64,000 nucleotides of DNA from Pseudomonas aeruginosa PAO1 (GTDB lineage: Bacteria; Pseudomonadota; Gammaproteobacteria; Pseudomonadales; Pseudomonadaceae), in NCBI RefSeq assembly GCF_000006765.1, contig NC_002516.2; one strand, written 5' to 3'. The translations under genes and the position numbers were made by a program. Below are positions 9,343-19,504 of this stretch, piece after piece. Position 1 is the first letter of the stretch, and every line of letters begins with the position of its first letter. Under the pieces are notes generated by a model. The model did no database searches. It saw only the letters and a program-made list of their open reading frames with translations, and was not told where the DNA came from.

Positions 9343-10254
9343 TCAGGCCGTCAGCCGCTCGCGCAGGCGGCCGAGCATGCCGAGCAGGCTGCCGACCCGT
9401 TCCTTCTCGCGCTCGTCGCGCGGCACCTCGGCCAGCCGGTCGACCTCCGGCAGGCTTCGCCCGCGCCACAGCAAGGCCTGCTCGGCGGCCGCCTTCAGGC
9501 CTTTCTCGAACAATCCCCTGCGGATCGGCTTGGGCAGGTAGCGGAATATCTGCGCCTGGTTGATCAGTTCGAGCAGGGCCTGGGTGTCGCGGAACGGCGT
9601 AACCACCAGGCTGAGCAGGCGCGGATGGGCCTGGGCCAGGGATTTCAGCAGCGGCGCGGTATGCTCCCCGGCCAGCTTCAGGTCGCTGACCAGCACCTCC
9701 ACCGGTTCGGTGTTCAGCCACACCAGCGCCTCGGCCAGGTTGCGCGCGCGCAGCAGGCGATGCCCGCCGGCATGGCAGAAGGCCCCGACGCAGTCCAGGG
9801 TTTCCGGGTCGTCGTCGAGCAGCAGCACGCTCAGCGGCGCCGCCAGCGTGGCCGCGGGCGGCGCCGGCAGGCCCTGGCGGCTGGCGATCTCCGCCGCCTG
9901 GCGCAGGGTGAAGGCCATTTCCTGGGGATTCCAGGGCTTGGTCAGGTAGCGGAAGATGCCACCGTCGTTGAGCGCGTCGACGGCGGCATCGAGGTCGGAA
10001 TAGCCGGTGAGGAGAATCCGCAGGGTCTCCGGATAGCGCTCGCGAGCCTGCGCCAGCAGTTCGGCGCCGCTCATCTGCGGCATGCGCTGGTCGCTGACCA
10101 GCACCTGTATCCGTTCCGTCTTCAGGCGCTCCAGGGCGCGCCGCGGGTCGCTCTCGGTGAGCACCTCGTAATGGCGGCGGAACTGCATGGCCAGGCTGCG
10201 CAGGATGCGCTCCTCGTCATCGACGAAGAGAATGCGGACGGGAGATGGGCTCAT
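9343..10254 (-). CDS. Response regulator with two receiver domains and no output domain (PA2881-like)
   Basis: 303 aa; REC1 ILFVDD...VSDQRMP...LTG...KPW; REC2 LLLDDD...VSDLKL...LPKP. Confidence 0.9.
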   Translation of the reverse strand: MSPSPVRILFVDDEERILRSLAMQFRRHYEVLTESDPRRALERLKTERIQVLVSDQRMPQMSGAELLAQARERYPETLRILLTGYSDLDAAVDALNDGGIFRYLTKPWNPQEMAFTLRQAAEIASRQGLPAPPAATLAAPLSVLLLDDDPETLDCVGAFCHAGGHRLLRARNLAEALVWLNTEPVEVLVSDLKLAGEHTAPLLKSLAQAHPRLLSLVVTPFRDTQALLELINQAQIFRYLPKPIRRGLFEKGLKAAAEQALLWRGRSLPEVDRLAEVPRDEREKERVGSLLGMLGRLRERLTA

Positions 10255-10255
10255 G

Positions 10256-11557
10256 TCAGGCGCTCCGTTTCAGTTCGCGGGCCTGCTCTCGCGGCAGGCT
10301 GATGAGGAAGCGGGTTCCGCGGCCCGGTTCGGAGGCCACGCGGATGGTCCCGCCATGTTGCTGGATGATCTTGTAGCTGATCGACAGGCCGAGCCCGGTG
10401 CCCTGCCCCACCGGCTTGGTGGTGAAGAACGGGTCGAAGATCCGGCCGAGGACCTCGGCGGGCATGCCCTTGCCGTTGTCCTGCACGGAGAGGAACACCT
10501 GGCGCTCGTCGGCCCAGCTCTTCAGCAGGATGCGGCCGAAACGCTCCATGGCCTGCGCGGCGTTGGTCAGCAGGTTCAGCAGCACCTGGTTGATCTGCGA
10601 CGGCGCGCAGGCGATAAGCGGCAGCTCGCCGAGCTGGCTGCTGATCTCGGCCTTGTCCTTGATGGCGGTGCGGGCGATCAGCACGGCGTTGCGCACGCAG
10701 TCGTTGAGGTCGACCTCCTCGCTGAAGGCGCGGTCCAGGCGGGCGAAGTCCTTGAGCCCGGAAACCAGCTCGCCGATCTGGCCGAGGCCGTAGCGGGTAT
10801 CGACGAACAATTGCCGCAGGTCCTCGCGCAACTGTTCGACGGCGGCTTCGCGGCGCACCGCGTCGGCCGCCTGCAGCGCCTGCGCCAGGCGCGCTTCGTC
10901 GCACTGCGGGTCGCCCAGGCAGTCGACCAGCGCCGCCTGGGCATCGGCCAGGCGCAACAAGGGATCGCTCAGCTCCTCCAGCAGCGCCAGGTTGTTGCCG
11001 ACGTAGCCGAGCGGCGTGTTCAGCTCGTGTGCGACCCCGGCCACCATCTGCCCGAGCGAAGCCATCTTTTCCGACTGCACCAGTTGCGCCTGGGACTCCT
11101 TGAGGTCCACCAGCGCTTTGCGCAGCACCCGGTTGCGCTGGGCGATGCGCGCCTCCATGGCCTTCAGCAGGTCGAGCACAGTGCCCAGGCCACGGTAGCG
11201 GCCCTCTTCGTCGACCAGGGCGAAGTCCTCGGTGATCGGATACTGCAGGCGACCGGTGACCTGCTGCGCCGCCTCTTCCAGGCTGGCGCCGAGGGAGACG
11301 CTGAGGGGCGCCCGGTTCATGACGTCGCGCACCGGATGGCGGCCCCAGAGGTCGCGGCCGAAACGCTGCATGAAGATGTCCTGGAGGGTGTAGCGGCTGA
11401 CCAGGCCGAGGACCCGGCGCTCGTCGTCGACCACCGGCAGCGAGAGGAAGGCACGGTGCTCCGGCATCAGCAGGCGGTCGGCGACGTCGCTGATGCTCAT
11501 CGCCGGAGTCAGGGGTTCCACCGGGCGCAACAGACGGGACAACGCGCTCGGAGACAT
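10256..11557 (-). CDS. Soluble sensor histidine kinase with N-terminal CBS pair (PA2882-like)
   Basis: CBS motifs ([28 protein letters not shown]); H-box VAHELNTP; N, G1, F, G2 boxes ([24 protein letters not shown]); no TM segment. Confidence 0.92.
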   Translation of the reverse strand: MSPSALSRLLRPVEPLTPAMSISDVADRLLMPEHRAFLSLPVVDDERRVLGLVSRYTLQDIFMQRFGRDLWGRHPVRDVMNRAPLSVSLGASLEEAAQQVTGRLQYPITEDFALVDEEGRYRGLGTVLDLLKAMEARIAQRNRVLRKALVDLKESQAQLVQSEKMASLGQMVAGVAHELNTPLGYVGNNLALLEELSDPLLRLADAQAALVDCLGDPQCDEARLAQALQAADAVRREAAVEQLREDLRQLFVDTRYGLGQIGELVSGLKDFARLDRAFSEEVDLNDCVRNAVLIARTAIKDKAEISSQLGELPLIACAPSQINQVLLNLLTNAAQAMERFGRILLKSWADERQVFLSVQDNGKGMPAEVLGRIFDPFFTTKPVGQGTGLGLSISYKIIQQHGGTIRVASEPGRGTRFLISLPREQARELKRSA

Positions 11558-11778
11558 CGGCAACCTCTCGCTGGCAGGCCCGGACGGGGCAATGAAGGGA
11601 TACCCGCCAGTTAAGCAATGTCAGATTGCCAACATGTGACAGGCATCACGCCGACCAGGCTCAGCGCTTTCTCCGCCCGCAACTTCCAAGCGCCGCCGGG
11701 AGTCTCAACCACAGGACCTCGCGCCGGAACGTTGCCTGACAGAAAGGCAAACCCGGCGTATGGTGAACATTCATATCG

Positions 11779-11961
11779 ATGAGGGAGAACAACATGCCCT
11801 GGTACGCCTGGTTGATCATCGTCCTCGCCCTGGGCTCCATCGTCGGCGGACTCCTGCTGCTGCGCGACTCGGCGAAGAAGCTGCCGTTGAGCGAGGAACA
11901 GCTCAAACGCATCCATGAACGCAACGCCGAGCTGGACGCGCAGGAGGCGAAGGACCGCTGA
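11779..11961 (+). CDS. Small single-TM protein, DUF2897-like (PA2883-like)
   Basis: 60 aa; MPWYAWLIIVLALGSIVGGLLLLRDSAKK hydrophobic N-terminus and charged tail. Confidence 0.8.
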   Translation: MRENNMPWYAWLIIVLALGSIVGGLLLLRDSAKKLPLSEEQLKRIHERNAELDAQEAKDR

Positions 11962-12193
11962 ACCTATTGGCCTGCCGGCGGGTCACTAGGTCTCGTAGGA
12001 AAACCCCGGCGGGCGAAAAACCGGCAAGGCGAAGGCTCGCGGGGCGGAGTCATGCGGGCCGCGCGTGGTTTTTCCTGCGCAACCTGGGGTTCGTTCCCCG
12101 TGTGTTTCCCTCTGGCAGAAGGTCCGTTCCTTGCGCTTTTCCCATCCGCGGGTCGAAATGCCTTTAGAATCCCTCCTTTAAACGGGAGGCTGC

Positions 12194-12958
12194 ATGCTCG
12201 GGCGTCTGATACCGCTTCTACCCATTCTGTTCCTGCTCGGGGGCTTCTTCACCGGGCACATCGCGCTGCTGACGGCGGTCATCGTCCTGCTCTACATCAT
12301 CTGGGTGACCTACGCCGAGCGCTGGCTGCCGACCCTGCTCTGGTGGCCGGTGAGCCTCGCCGCCAGCGCCCTGATCGCCATCCACTACCTGCCCGGCTTC
12401 ATTCCCCTGCGCCTGTTCCCCTGGGACCTTGCCAGCGCCAGCCCGCCGATCCAGATGATCTGGCTGCCCTGGGACAAGGCCCTGGTCGCCCTTACCCTGC
12501 TCGCCTGGTGGCTACGCCGGCCGAAGCAGCCGCTGGTGTCGCTGGATATCACCGCGCTGGCCTTCTGCCTGACCTTCTTCGTGGTGCCGCTGCTGTCGAT
12601 CATGACCAATGCCGCGAGCTGGCAGCCGAAGTGGCCGGATGCCTTCTGGTGGTGGCTGGTACTGAACGTCGGGGTGGTCTCGCTGGCCGAGGAGGCTTTC
12701 TTCCGCGGCCTGCTGCAAAGCCAGTTGATCCGCTGGTTCGGCGCCTGGCCGGGAATCATCGTCGCGACCCTCGCCTACGCCGCGCTGCACCTGCTGGTGA
12801 ACCCGGTGTACGCGCTGCTGGCCGGGATCGCCGGGCTGGGCTACGGCATGGTCCTGCACTTCAGCGGGCGGCTGTCCCTGGCGGTGCTGCTGCACGCCTC
12901 GATCAACACCCTGCACTTCCTCCTGCTGAGCTACCCGTTCCGCCTGATCTCCGAGTGA
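12194..12958 (+). CDS. CPBP/CAAX (Abi) intramembrane metalloprotease (PA2884-like)
   Basis: 254 aa multi-TM; AEEAFFRG, YAALH, LHASIN motifs. Confidence 0.9.
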   Translation: MLGRLIPLLPILFLLGGFFTGHIALLTAVIVLLYIIWVTYAERWLPTLLWWPVSLAASALIAIHYLPGFIPLRLFPWDLASASPPIQMIWLPWDKALVALTLLAWWLRRPKQPLVSLDITALAFCLTFFVVPLLSIMTNAASWQPKWPDAFWWWLVLNVGVVSLAEEAFFRGLLQSQLIRWFGAWPGIIVATLAYAALHLLVNPVYALLAGIAGLGYGMVLHFSGRLSLAVLLHASINTLHFLLLSYPFRLISE

Positions 12959-13555
12959 TCAGGCGTTCTTGATCACCAGCGCCAGGGCCTCCTCGGCGAG
13001 CTGGTCGAGACTCATCGGTCCTTCCGGACGGAACCAGGTGGTGGTCCAGGACAGCGCGCCGGTGAGGAAGCGCCGCAGGATGAACGGATCGCCCTGGCAG
13101 TAGCCGGCCAGCCGCGCCTCCCCCAGCACGTCGAGCCACATCTGCTCGTAGATGTCGCGCAGGCCGAGGATGTACGCCTGGCCTTCGGCGGACAGCGAGC
13201 GCCACTCGTAGACCAGCACCGCCATCGCCTCGCCGGTGCCGCCCATGATCGATTGCAGCTCGCAGCGGATCAGTCCCAGCACCCGCTCGCGCAGGTCCTC
13301 GGCGTCGGCCAGGGCGGCGCGCATCAGGGCGGTGTTGTAGAGGATGGTCTCTTCCATCACCGAGCGCAGGATCTCGTCCTTGCTCTTGAAGTGATGGAAG
13401 ATGCTGCCCGACTGGATGCCCACCGCGCTGGCCAGGTCGCGCACCGTGGTGCGTTCGTAGCCTTTGCTGCGGAACAGGTGGGCGGCGGTCTGCAGCAGCT
13501 TGCCGCGGGCGCTTTCCGGATCGGTGAGCTGTCCGGTAGCCACCAGCTCCAGCAT
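12959..13555 (-). CDS. atuR: TetR-family repressor of the atu operon
   Basis: TetR HTH (KGYERTTVRDLASAVGIQSGSIFHHF); divergent from atuA; possible upstream TTG start at 13582. Confidence 0.93.
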   Translation of the reverse strand: MLELVATGQLTDPESARGKLLQTAAHLFRSKGYERTTVRDLASAVGIQSGSIFHHFKSKDEILRSVMEETILYNTALMRAALADAEDLRERVLGLIRCELQSIMGGTGEAMAVLVYEWRSLSAEGQAYILGLRDIYEQMWLDVLGEARLAGYCQGDPFILRRFLTGALSWTTTWFRPEGPMSLDQLAEEALALVIKNA

Positions 13556-13726
13556 CACTTCCCGGGCTTTCTGATCGTCCAACGCTGAGTACCCCTTTTC
13601 CGGATCGTCGGCGGCTCGGTGCCGCTCATCCGCGCGCCCGGCCGCTCCGTATTTGCCGAGCGGCCTCGGGATTGCCCCGCAAGTGCTTGTCGGCATTCAT
13701 GAAATGTATGCCTGCGAAGACGACCG

Positions 13727-13792
13727 AGCAAGCGCTTGGGTAACAGCCGAGAACGGATTTGTTTCTGCCCTCTTCTCAACCAAGCGCTTGCT
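13727..13792. promoter_or_regulatory. AtuR operator: two inverted 13-bp boxes separated by 40 bp
   Basis: AGCAAGCGCTTGG (13727-13739) and its exact reverse complement CCAAGCGCTTGCT (13780-13792); matches the established AtuR operator architecture. Confidence 0.9.
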
Positions 13793-13835
13793 TGGTAATG
13801 TCGCCCCACACTTCCGCCGTCACGGGTCAAGAACA

Positions 13836-15638
13836 ATGCAAAAGACCGTACGCATCGGCTGCGCCTCGGCCTTCTGGGGCGACACCTGCACCGCGGCCGC
13901 GCAGCTGGTGCGCGGCGCGCCGCTGGACTACCTGGTGTTCGACTACCTGGCCGAGATCACCATGTCGATCATGGCCGGCGCCCGCCTGAAACAGCCGGAC
14001 GCCGGCTACGCCACCGATTTCGTCGAGGTCCTCGCACCGCTGCTGGGCGAGATCGCCGAGAAGAAGATCCGCGTCATCAGCAACGCTGGCGGGATCAATC
14101 CGCAGGCCTGTGCCGCCGCCCTCGCCGCGGCCTGCGAGAAGGCCGGGGTGCAGTTGAAGATCGCCGTGCTCCATGGCGACAACCTGCAAGCGCGCCAGGC
14201 CGAACTGGCCAAGTCCGGCATCCGCGAGATGTTCAGCGACGCGCCTTTCCCGCCGATGTGCGTCTCGCTCAACGCCTACCTCGGCGCACCGGGCATCGTC
14301 GAGGCCCTGCGCCTGGGCGCGGACATCGTGATCACCGGCCGGGTGGTCGACAGCGCGGTGGTCAGCGCCGCCCTGGTGCACGAGTTCGGCTGGGCCTGGG
14401 ACGACTACGACCGACTGGCCCAGGCCGCCCTCGCCGGGCACATCGTCGAATGCGGCGCGCAATGCACCGGCGGCAATTTCACCGACTGGGAGCAGGTGCC
14501 GGACTACGAGCACATCGGCTTCCCCATCGTCGAGGTCGAGGCCGACGGGCGCTTCGTGGTGACCAAGGCGCCCGGCACCGGTGGCCTGGTCAGCGAACTG
14601 AGCGTCGGCGAACAGATGCTCTACGAGATCGGCGACCCACGCGCCTACCTGCTGCCCGACGTGGTCTGCGACTTCACCGAGGTGCGCCTGCGCCAGGCCG
14701 GTCCCGACCGGGTCGCGGTGGAAGGCGCGCGCGGCCTGCCGCCCACCGACCGGTACAAGGTCAGCGCCACCTATCCGGACGGTTTCCGCTGCACCGCCAG
14801 TTGCCTGATCGCCGGCATCGATGCGCTGAAGAAGGCCGAGCGGGTCAGCCAGGCGATCATCGCCAGGACCGAGGAAATCTTCGCCGAGCACGGCTGGGAG
14901 CCCTACCGCGAGGTCAACGTCGAACTGCTCGGCAGCGAAGCCACCTATGGTCCCCATGGGCGACGGCAGGACAGCCGCGAAGTGGTGGTCAAGCTGGCCG
15001 TCCGGCATCCGCGCAAGGAAGCCCTGGTGCTGTTCTCCCGCGAGATCGCCCAGGCCGCCACCGGGATGGCGCCCGGCCTGACCGGCATCGTCGGCGGCCG
15101 GCCGACGGTGTATCCGGTGATCCGCCTGTTCTCTTTCCTGATCGACAAGGCGCAATGCGCGTTGAGCGTGGAGATCGACGGCCAGCGCCATCCGCTGGAA
15201 CTGCCGGTCCTCGAAGCCTTCGACCCGGCACGATTGGCCGAGGCGCGCCAGCCGCCACGCCCGGAGCAGCCCGCCAGCGCCAGCGTGCCGCTGCTGAAGC
15301 TGGCGGTGGCGCGCTCCGGCGACAAGGGCAACCACAGCAACATCGGGGTCATGGCGCGGCGTCCGGAGTACCTGCCGTGGATCGCCGAGGCGCTGGAGGA
15401 AGGCGCGGTGGTGGACTGGATGCAGCATGTGCTCGACCCGCAGACCGGCCGGGTCGGCCGCTGGTACCTGCCGGGCAGCCACAGCCTGAACTTCCTGCTG
15501 GAGAACGCCCTCGGCGGCGGCGGCGTCGCCAGCCTGCGCATCGACCCGCAGGGCAAGGCCTTCGCCCAGCAGTTGCTGGAGTTCCCGGTGGCGGTGCCGC
15601 AGGCGCTCGCCGACGCGCTGGAAACGCAGGGCAGATAA
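13836..15638 (+). CDS. atuA: Acyclic terpene utilisation protein AtuA (DUF1446)
   Basis: 600 aa from ATG 13836; [27 protein letters not shown]. Confidence 0.95.
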   Translation: MQKTVRIGCASAFWGDTCTAAAQLVRGAPLDYLVFDYLAEITMSIMAGARLKQPDAGYATDFVEVLAPLLGEIAEKKIRVISNAGGINPQACAAALAAACEKAGVQLKIAVLHGDNLQARQAELAKSGIREMFSDAPFPPMCVSLNAYLGAPGIVEALRLGADIVITGRVVDSAVVSAALVHEFGWAWDDYDRLAQAALAGHIVECGAQCTGGNFTDWEQVPDYEHIGFPIVEVEADGRFVVTKAPGTGGLVSELSVGEQMLYEIGDPRAYLLPDVVCDFTEVRLRQAGPDRVAVEGARGLPPTDRYKVSATYPDGFRCTASCLIAGIDALKKAERVSQAIIARTEEIFAEHGWEPYREVNVELLGSEATYGPHGRRQDSREVVVKLAVRHPRKEALVLFSREIAQAATGMAPGLTGIVGGRPTVYPVIRLFSFLIDKAQCALSVEIDGQRHPLELPVLEAFDPARLAEARQPPRPEQPASASVPLLKLAVARSGDKGNHSNIGVMARRPEYLPWIAEALEEGAVVDWMQHVLDPQTGRVGRWYLPGSHSLNFLLENALGGGGVASLRIDPQGKAFAQQLLEFPVAVPQALADALETQGR

Positions 15639-15710
15639 CCACGACCAGGAACGACGAATGCGGCGTTCCGCTGCAACCACCCCACGGGATTCATCGGAGT
15701 CACCAGAACA

Positions 15711-16589
15711 ATGAGCTACGACTCGATCTTCCGACCTGGCCTGTTCGACGGCCAGACCATCATCGTCACCGGCGGCGGCAGTGGCATCGGCCGCTGCACC
15801 GCCCATGAGCTGGCGGCCCTCGGCGCCCACGTGGTGCTGGTCGGACGCAAGGCGGAAAAGCTGGAGAAGACCGCCGGCGAGATCGTCGAAGACGGCGGCA
15901 GCGTCAGCTGGCACGCCTGCGACATCCGCGAGGAGGAAGCGGTGAAGACGCTGGTGGCGAATATCCTGGCCGAACGCGGGACCATCCATCACCTCGTCAA
16001 CAACGCCGGCGGCCAGTATCCCTCGCCCCTCGCTTCGATCAGCCAGAAGGGCTTCGAGACCGTGCTCCGCACCAACCTGGTCGGCGGCTTCCTGGTCGCC
16101 CGCGAAGTGTTCAACCAGTCGATGAGCAAGACCGGCGGCAGCATCGTCAACATGCTCGCCGACATGTGGGGCGGCATGCCCGGCATGGGTCACTCCGGCG
16201 CCGCACGCTCCGGCATGGAGAATTTCACCAGGACCGCCGCCGTCGAGTGGGGCCATGCCGGCGTGCGGGTCAACGCGGTGGCGCCGGGCTGGATCGCGTC
16301 CAGCGGCATGGATACCTACGAAGGCGCGTTCAAGGCGGTGATCCCGACCCTGCGCGAGCACGTGCCGCTCAAGCGCATCGGCAGCGAGTCGGAAGTCGCC
16401 GCCGCCATCGTCTTCCTGCTCTCCCCCGGCGCCGCCTTCGTCAGCGGCAACACGATCCGCATCGACGGCGCCGCCAGCCAGGGCAGCCGCGCCTTCCCGC
16501 TATTCAAGGGCAAGCCGGGACAGAGCCGCGCGTACAACGGCTTCCACCGCGCCTACCTGCCCGACGTACTGAAGGACCAGGAGGACTGA
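15711..16589 (+). CDS. atuB: Citronellol/citronellal dehydrogenase (SDR)
   Basis: 292 aa; TGGGSGIG, NNAGG; operon position. Confidence 0.93.
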   Translation: MSYDSIFRPGLFDGQTIIVTGGGSGIGRCTAHELAALGAHVVLVGRKAEKLEKTAGEIVEDGGSVSWHACDIREEEAVKTLVANILAERGTIHHLVNNAGGQYPSPLASISQKGFETVLRTNLVGGFLVAREVFNQSMSKTGGSIVNMLADMWGGMPGMGHSGAARSGMENFTRTAAVEWGHAGVRVNAVAPGWIASSGMDTYEGAFKAVIPTLREHVPLKRIGSESEVAAAIVFLLSPGAAFVSGNTIRIDGAASQGSRAFPLFKGKPGQSRAYNGFHRAYLPDVLKDQED

Positions 16590-16590
16590 C

Positions 16591-18207
16591 ATGCCCGCGA
16601 TCCAGTCGGAACTCGACGTCAACGGCGAGGACTTCGCCCGCAACCGCGAGGCCATGCTCGCCGCCGTGGCCGGCTTCCGCGAGTTGGAGCAGAAGGTCCT
16701 GGACAAGGCCGCCGAGGCCAGGCCGAAGTTCGAGAAACGCGGCCAGCTGCTGCCGCGCGAACGCCTGGCGCTGCTGCTCGACCCGGGCGCGCCGTTCCTC
16801 GAACTGTCCTCGCTGGCCGGCTACAAGCTGCACGACGACAAGGACGGCACCCAGGCCGGCGGCGGGATCATCGCCGGGATCGGCTACATCGCCGGGGTGC
16901 GCTGCCTGGTCAGTGCCAGCAACAGCGCGATCAAGGGCGGCACCATCTCCCCGACCGGGCTGAAGAAGACCCTGCGCCTGCAGCAGATCGCCATGGAGAA
17001 CAAGCTGCCGGTGGTGACCCTCACCGAAAGCGGTGGCGCCAACCTCAACTACGCGGCGGAGATCTTCGTCGAAGGTGCGCGCGGCTTCGCCAACCAGGCG
17101 CGGATCTCCGCCATGGGCATTCCCCAGGTCACCGTGGTGCATGGTTCCAGCACCGCCGGCGGTGCCTACCAGCCGGGGCTGTCGGACTACGTGGTGGTGG
17201 TACGCGGCAAGGCCAAGATGTTCCTCGCCGGGCCGCCGTTGCTCAAGGCCGCCACCGGCGAGATCGCCAGCGACGAGGAGCTCGGCGGAGCCGAACTGCA
17301 CGCGCAGGTCGCCGGCACCGCGGAATACCTGGCGGAAAACGACGCCGACGGCGTGCGCCTGGCCCGCGAGATCGTCGGCATGTTGCCGTGGAACGCACAA
17401 CTGCCGGCGCGCCCGGCGCGTTCCTGGCGCGAACCGCTGTACCCGGTGGAGGAGCTGCTCGGGGTGGTTCCGGCCGACCCGAAGAAGCCCTACGACGTCC
17501 GCGAGATCGTCGCGCGCATCGCCGACGGCTCCGAGTTCCTCGACTTCAAGAACGAGTTCGACGGCCAGACCGTCTGCGGCCACCTGCGCATCGAGGGCCA
17601 CGCCTGCGGCCTGATCGGCAACAACGGACCGATCACCCCGCAGGGCGCGGCCAAGGCGGCGCAGTTCATCCAGCTCTGCGAACAGAGCAACACGCCGCTG
17701 CTGTTCCTGCACAACACCACCGGCTTCATGGTCGGCACCGAGTCGGAGCGCCAGGGCGTGATCAAGCACGGCTCGAAGATGATCCAGGCGGTGGCCAACG
17801 CCCGCGTGCCCAAGCTGACCCTGGTGGTCGGCGGCTCCTACGGCGCCGGCAACTACGCGATGTGCGGACGCGGCCTCGACCCGCGCTTCATCTTCGCCTG
17901 GCCGAACAGTCGCACCGCGGTGATGGGCGGTGCCCAGGCCGGCAAGGTGCTGCGCATCGTCACCGAGGAGAAACACGCCAAGGAAGGCAAGGAAGCCGAT
18001 CCGAAGATGCTCGAGATGCTGGAAACCGTCACCGCGCAGAAGCTCGACAGCCAGTCCACCGCGCTCTACGGCACCGCCAGCCTGTGGGACGACGGCCTGG
18101 TCGACCCGCGCGACAGCCGCAGGCTGCTCGGCTACCTGCTGGATATCTGCGCGGAAGCCGAGGCGCGGCCGCTGAAGGGCAACAGCTTCGGGGTCGCGAG
18201 GTTCTGA
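16591..18207 (+). CDS. atuC: Geranyl-CoA carboxylase, carboxyltransferase (beta) subunit
   Basis: 538 aa; LLPRERLALLLDPG, GGSYGAGNYAMCGR. Confidence 0.95.
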   Translation: MPAIQSELDVNGEDFARNREAMLAAVAGFRELEQKVLDKAAEARPKFEKRGQLLPRERLALLLDPGAPFLELSSLAGYKLHDDKDGTQAGGGIIAGIGYIAGVRCLVSASNSAIKGGTISPTGLKKTLRLQQIAMENKLPVVTLTESGGANLNYAAEIFVEGARGFANQARISAMGIPQVTVVHGSSTAGGAYQPGLSDYVVVVRGKAKMFLAGPPLLKAATGEIASDEELGGAELHAQVAGTAEYLAENDADGVRLAREIVGMLPWNAQLPARPARSWREPLYPVEELLGVVPADPKKPYDVREIVARIADGSEFLDFKNEFDGQTVCGHLRIEGHACGLIGNNGPITPQGAAKAAQFIQLCEQSNTPLLFLHNTTGFMVGTESERQGVIKHGSKMIQAVANARVPKLTLVVGGSYGAGNYAMCGRGLDPRFIFAWPNSRTAVMGGAQAGKVLRIVTEEKHAKEGKEADPKMLEMLETVTAQKLDSQSTALYGTASLWDDGLVDPRDSRRLLGYLLDICAEAEARPLKGNSFGVARF

Positions 18208-18231
18208 CTGAAACAGGCGAGCCGGCGACAG

Positions 18232-18274
18232 CCCCTCTCCCCGCTCTCCCTGAAGGAAGAGGGTTGGGAGAGAG
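18232..18274. repeat. REP-like purine/pyrimidine hairpin between atuC and atuD
   Basis: CCCCTCTCCCCGCTCTCCC...GAAGAGGGTTGGGAGAGAG imperfect inverted repeat resembling the CCCTCTCCC/GGGAGAGGG intergenic repeat class. Confidence 0.45.
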
Positions 18275-18323
18275 CAAGCGGATCCTGCCGGAAAACAATG
18301 ATGCCCAGGAGGAAAGACAACCC

Positions 18324-19484
18324 ATGATCTTCACCCAGGAACACGAGGAACTCCGCCGCACCGTTCGCAGCTTCGTCGAGCGGGAAATCAACCCCAACGT
18401 CGACCAGTGGGAAAAGGACGGCCGCTTCCCGATCCACGAGATCTTCCGCAAGGCCGGCGAACTCGGCCTGCTGGGCATCTCCAAGCCGGAGAAGTTCGGC
18501 GGCATGGGCCTGGACTACAGCTACTCGATCGTCGCCGCCGAGGAATTCGGCAGCATCACCTGCGGCGGCATCCCGATGGCCATCGGCGTGCAGACCGACA
18601 TGTGCACCCCGGCCCTGGCCCGCTTCGGTTCCGACGAGTTGCGCGAGGAGTTCCTCCGCCCGGCCATCGCCGGCGAGATGGTCGGCTGCATCGGCGTCTC
18701 CGAGGTCGGCGCCGGCTCCGACGTCGCCGGCCTGAAGACCACCGCGCGCAAGGACGGCGACGACTATGTGATCAACGGCAGCAAGATGTGGATCACCAAC
18801 TCGCCGTCGGCCGACTTCATGTGCCTGCTCGCCAATACCTCCGACGACAAGCCGCACGTCAACAAGTCGCTGATCGTGGTCCCGATGAAGACCCCGGGCA
18901 TTACCCTCAGTCCGCACCTGGACAAGCTCGGCATGCGCAGTTCGGAGACCGCCCAGGTGTTCTTCGATAACGTCCGCGTACCGCAGCGCAACCGCATCGG
19001 CGCGGAAGGCGCCGGCTTCATGATGCAGATGCTGCAGTTCCAGGAAGAACGGCTGTTCGGCGCGGCCAACATGATCAAGGGCCTGGAGCACTGCATCGAC
19101 GTCACCATCGAGTATTGCAAGGAGCGCAGGACCTTCGGCCAGCCGCTGATCGACAACCAGGTCATCCACTTCCGCATGGCCGAGATGATGACCGAGGTCG
19201 AGGCGCTGCGCGCCCTGGTCTACCAGGCCACCGAGCTGTACGTGAAAGGCAGGGACGTGACGCGCCTGGCTTCCATGGCCAAGCTCAAGGCCGGCCGCCT
19301 CGGCCGCGAGGTCAGCGACGCCTGCCTGCAGTACTGGGGCGGCATGGGCTTCATGTGGGACAACCCGGTCTCCCGCGCCTACCGGGACACCCGCCTGGTA
19401 TCCATCGGCGGCGGTGCCGACGAGATCATGCTCGGCATCATCTGCAAGCTGATGGGCATCCTGCCGGGCAAGAAGAAAGGCTGA
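18324..19484 (+). CDS. atuD: Citronellyl-CoA dehydrogenase
   Basis: 386 aa from ATG 18324; acyl-CoA dehydrogenase motifs SEVGAGSDV, YVINGSKMWITN, IGGGADEIM. Confidence 0.95.
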   Translation: MIFTQEHEELRRTVRSFVEREINPNVDQWEKDGRFPIHEIFRKAGELGLLGISKPEKFGGMGLDYSYSIVAAEEFGSITCGGIPMAIGVQTDMCTPALARFGSDELREEFLRPAIAGEMVGCIGVSEVGAGSDVAGLKTTARKDGDDYVINGSKMWITNSPSADFMCLLANTSDDKPHVNKSLIVVPMKTPGITLSPHLDKLGMRSSETAQVFFDNVRVPQRNRIGAEGAGFMMQMLQFQEERLFGAANMIKGLEHCIDVTIEYCKERRTFGQPLIDNQVIHFRMAEMMTEVEALRALVYQATELYVKGRDVTRLASMAKLKAGRLGREVSDACLQYWGGMGFMWDNPVSRAYRDTRLVSIGGGADEIMLGIICKLMGILPGKKKG

Positions 19485-19504
19485 CGTTCCAGGAGGAAAC
19501 CGGC

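Noticed and set aside
11611-11924. Minus-strand ORFs of 87-101 aa overlapping the DUF2897 gene
   Set aside because: Antisense to a credible small gene; no RBS or motif
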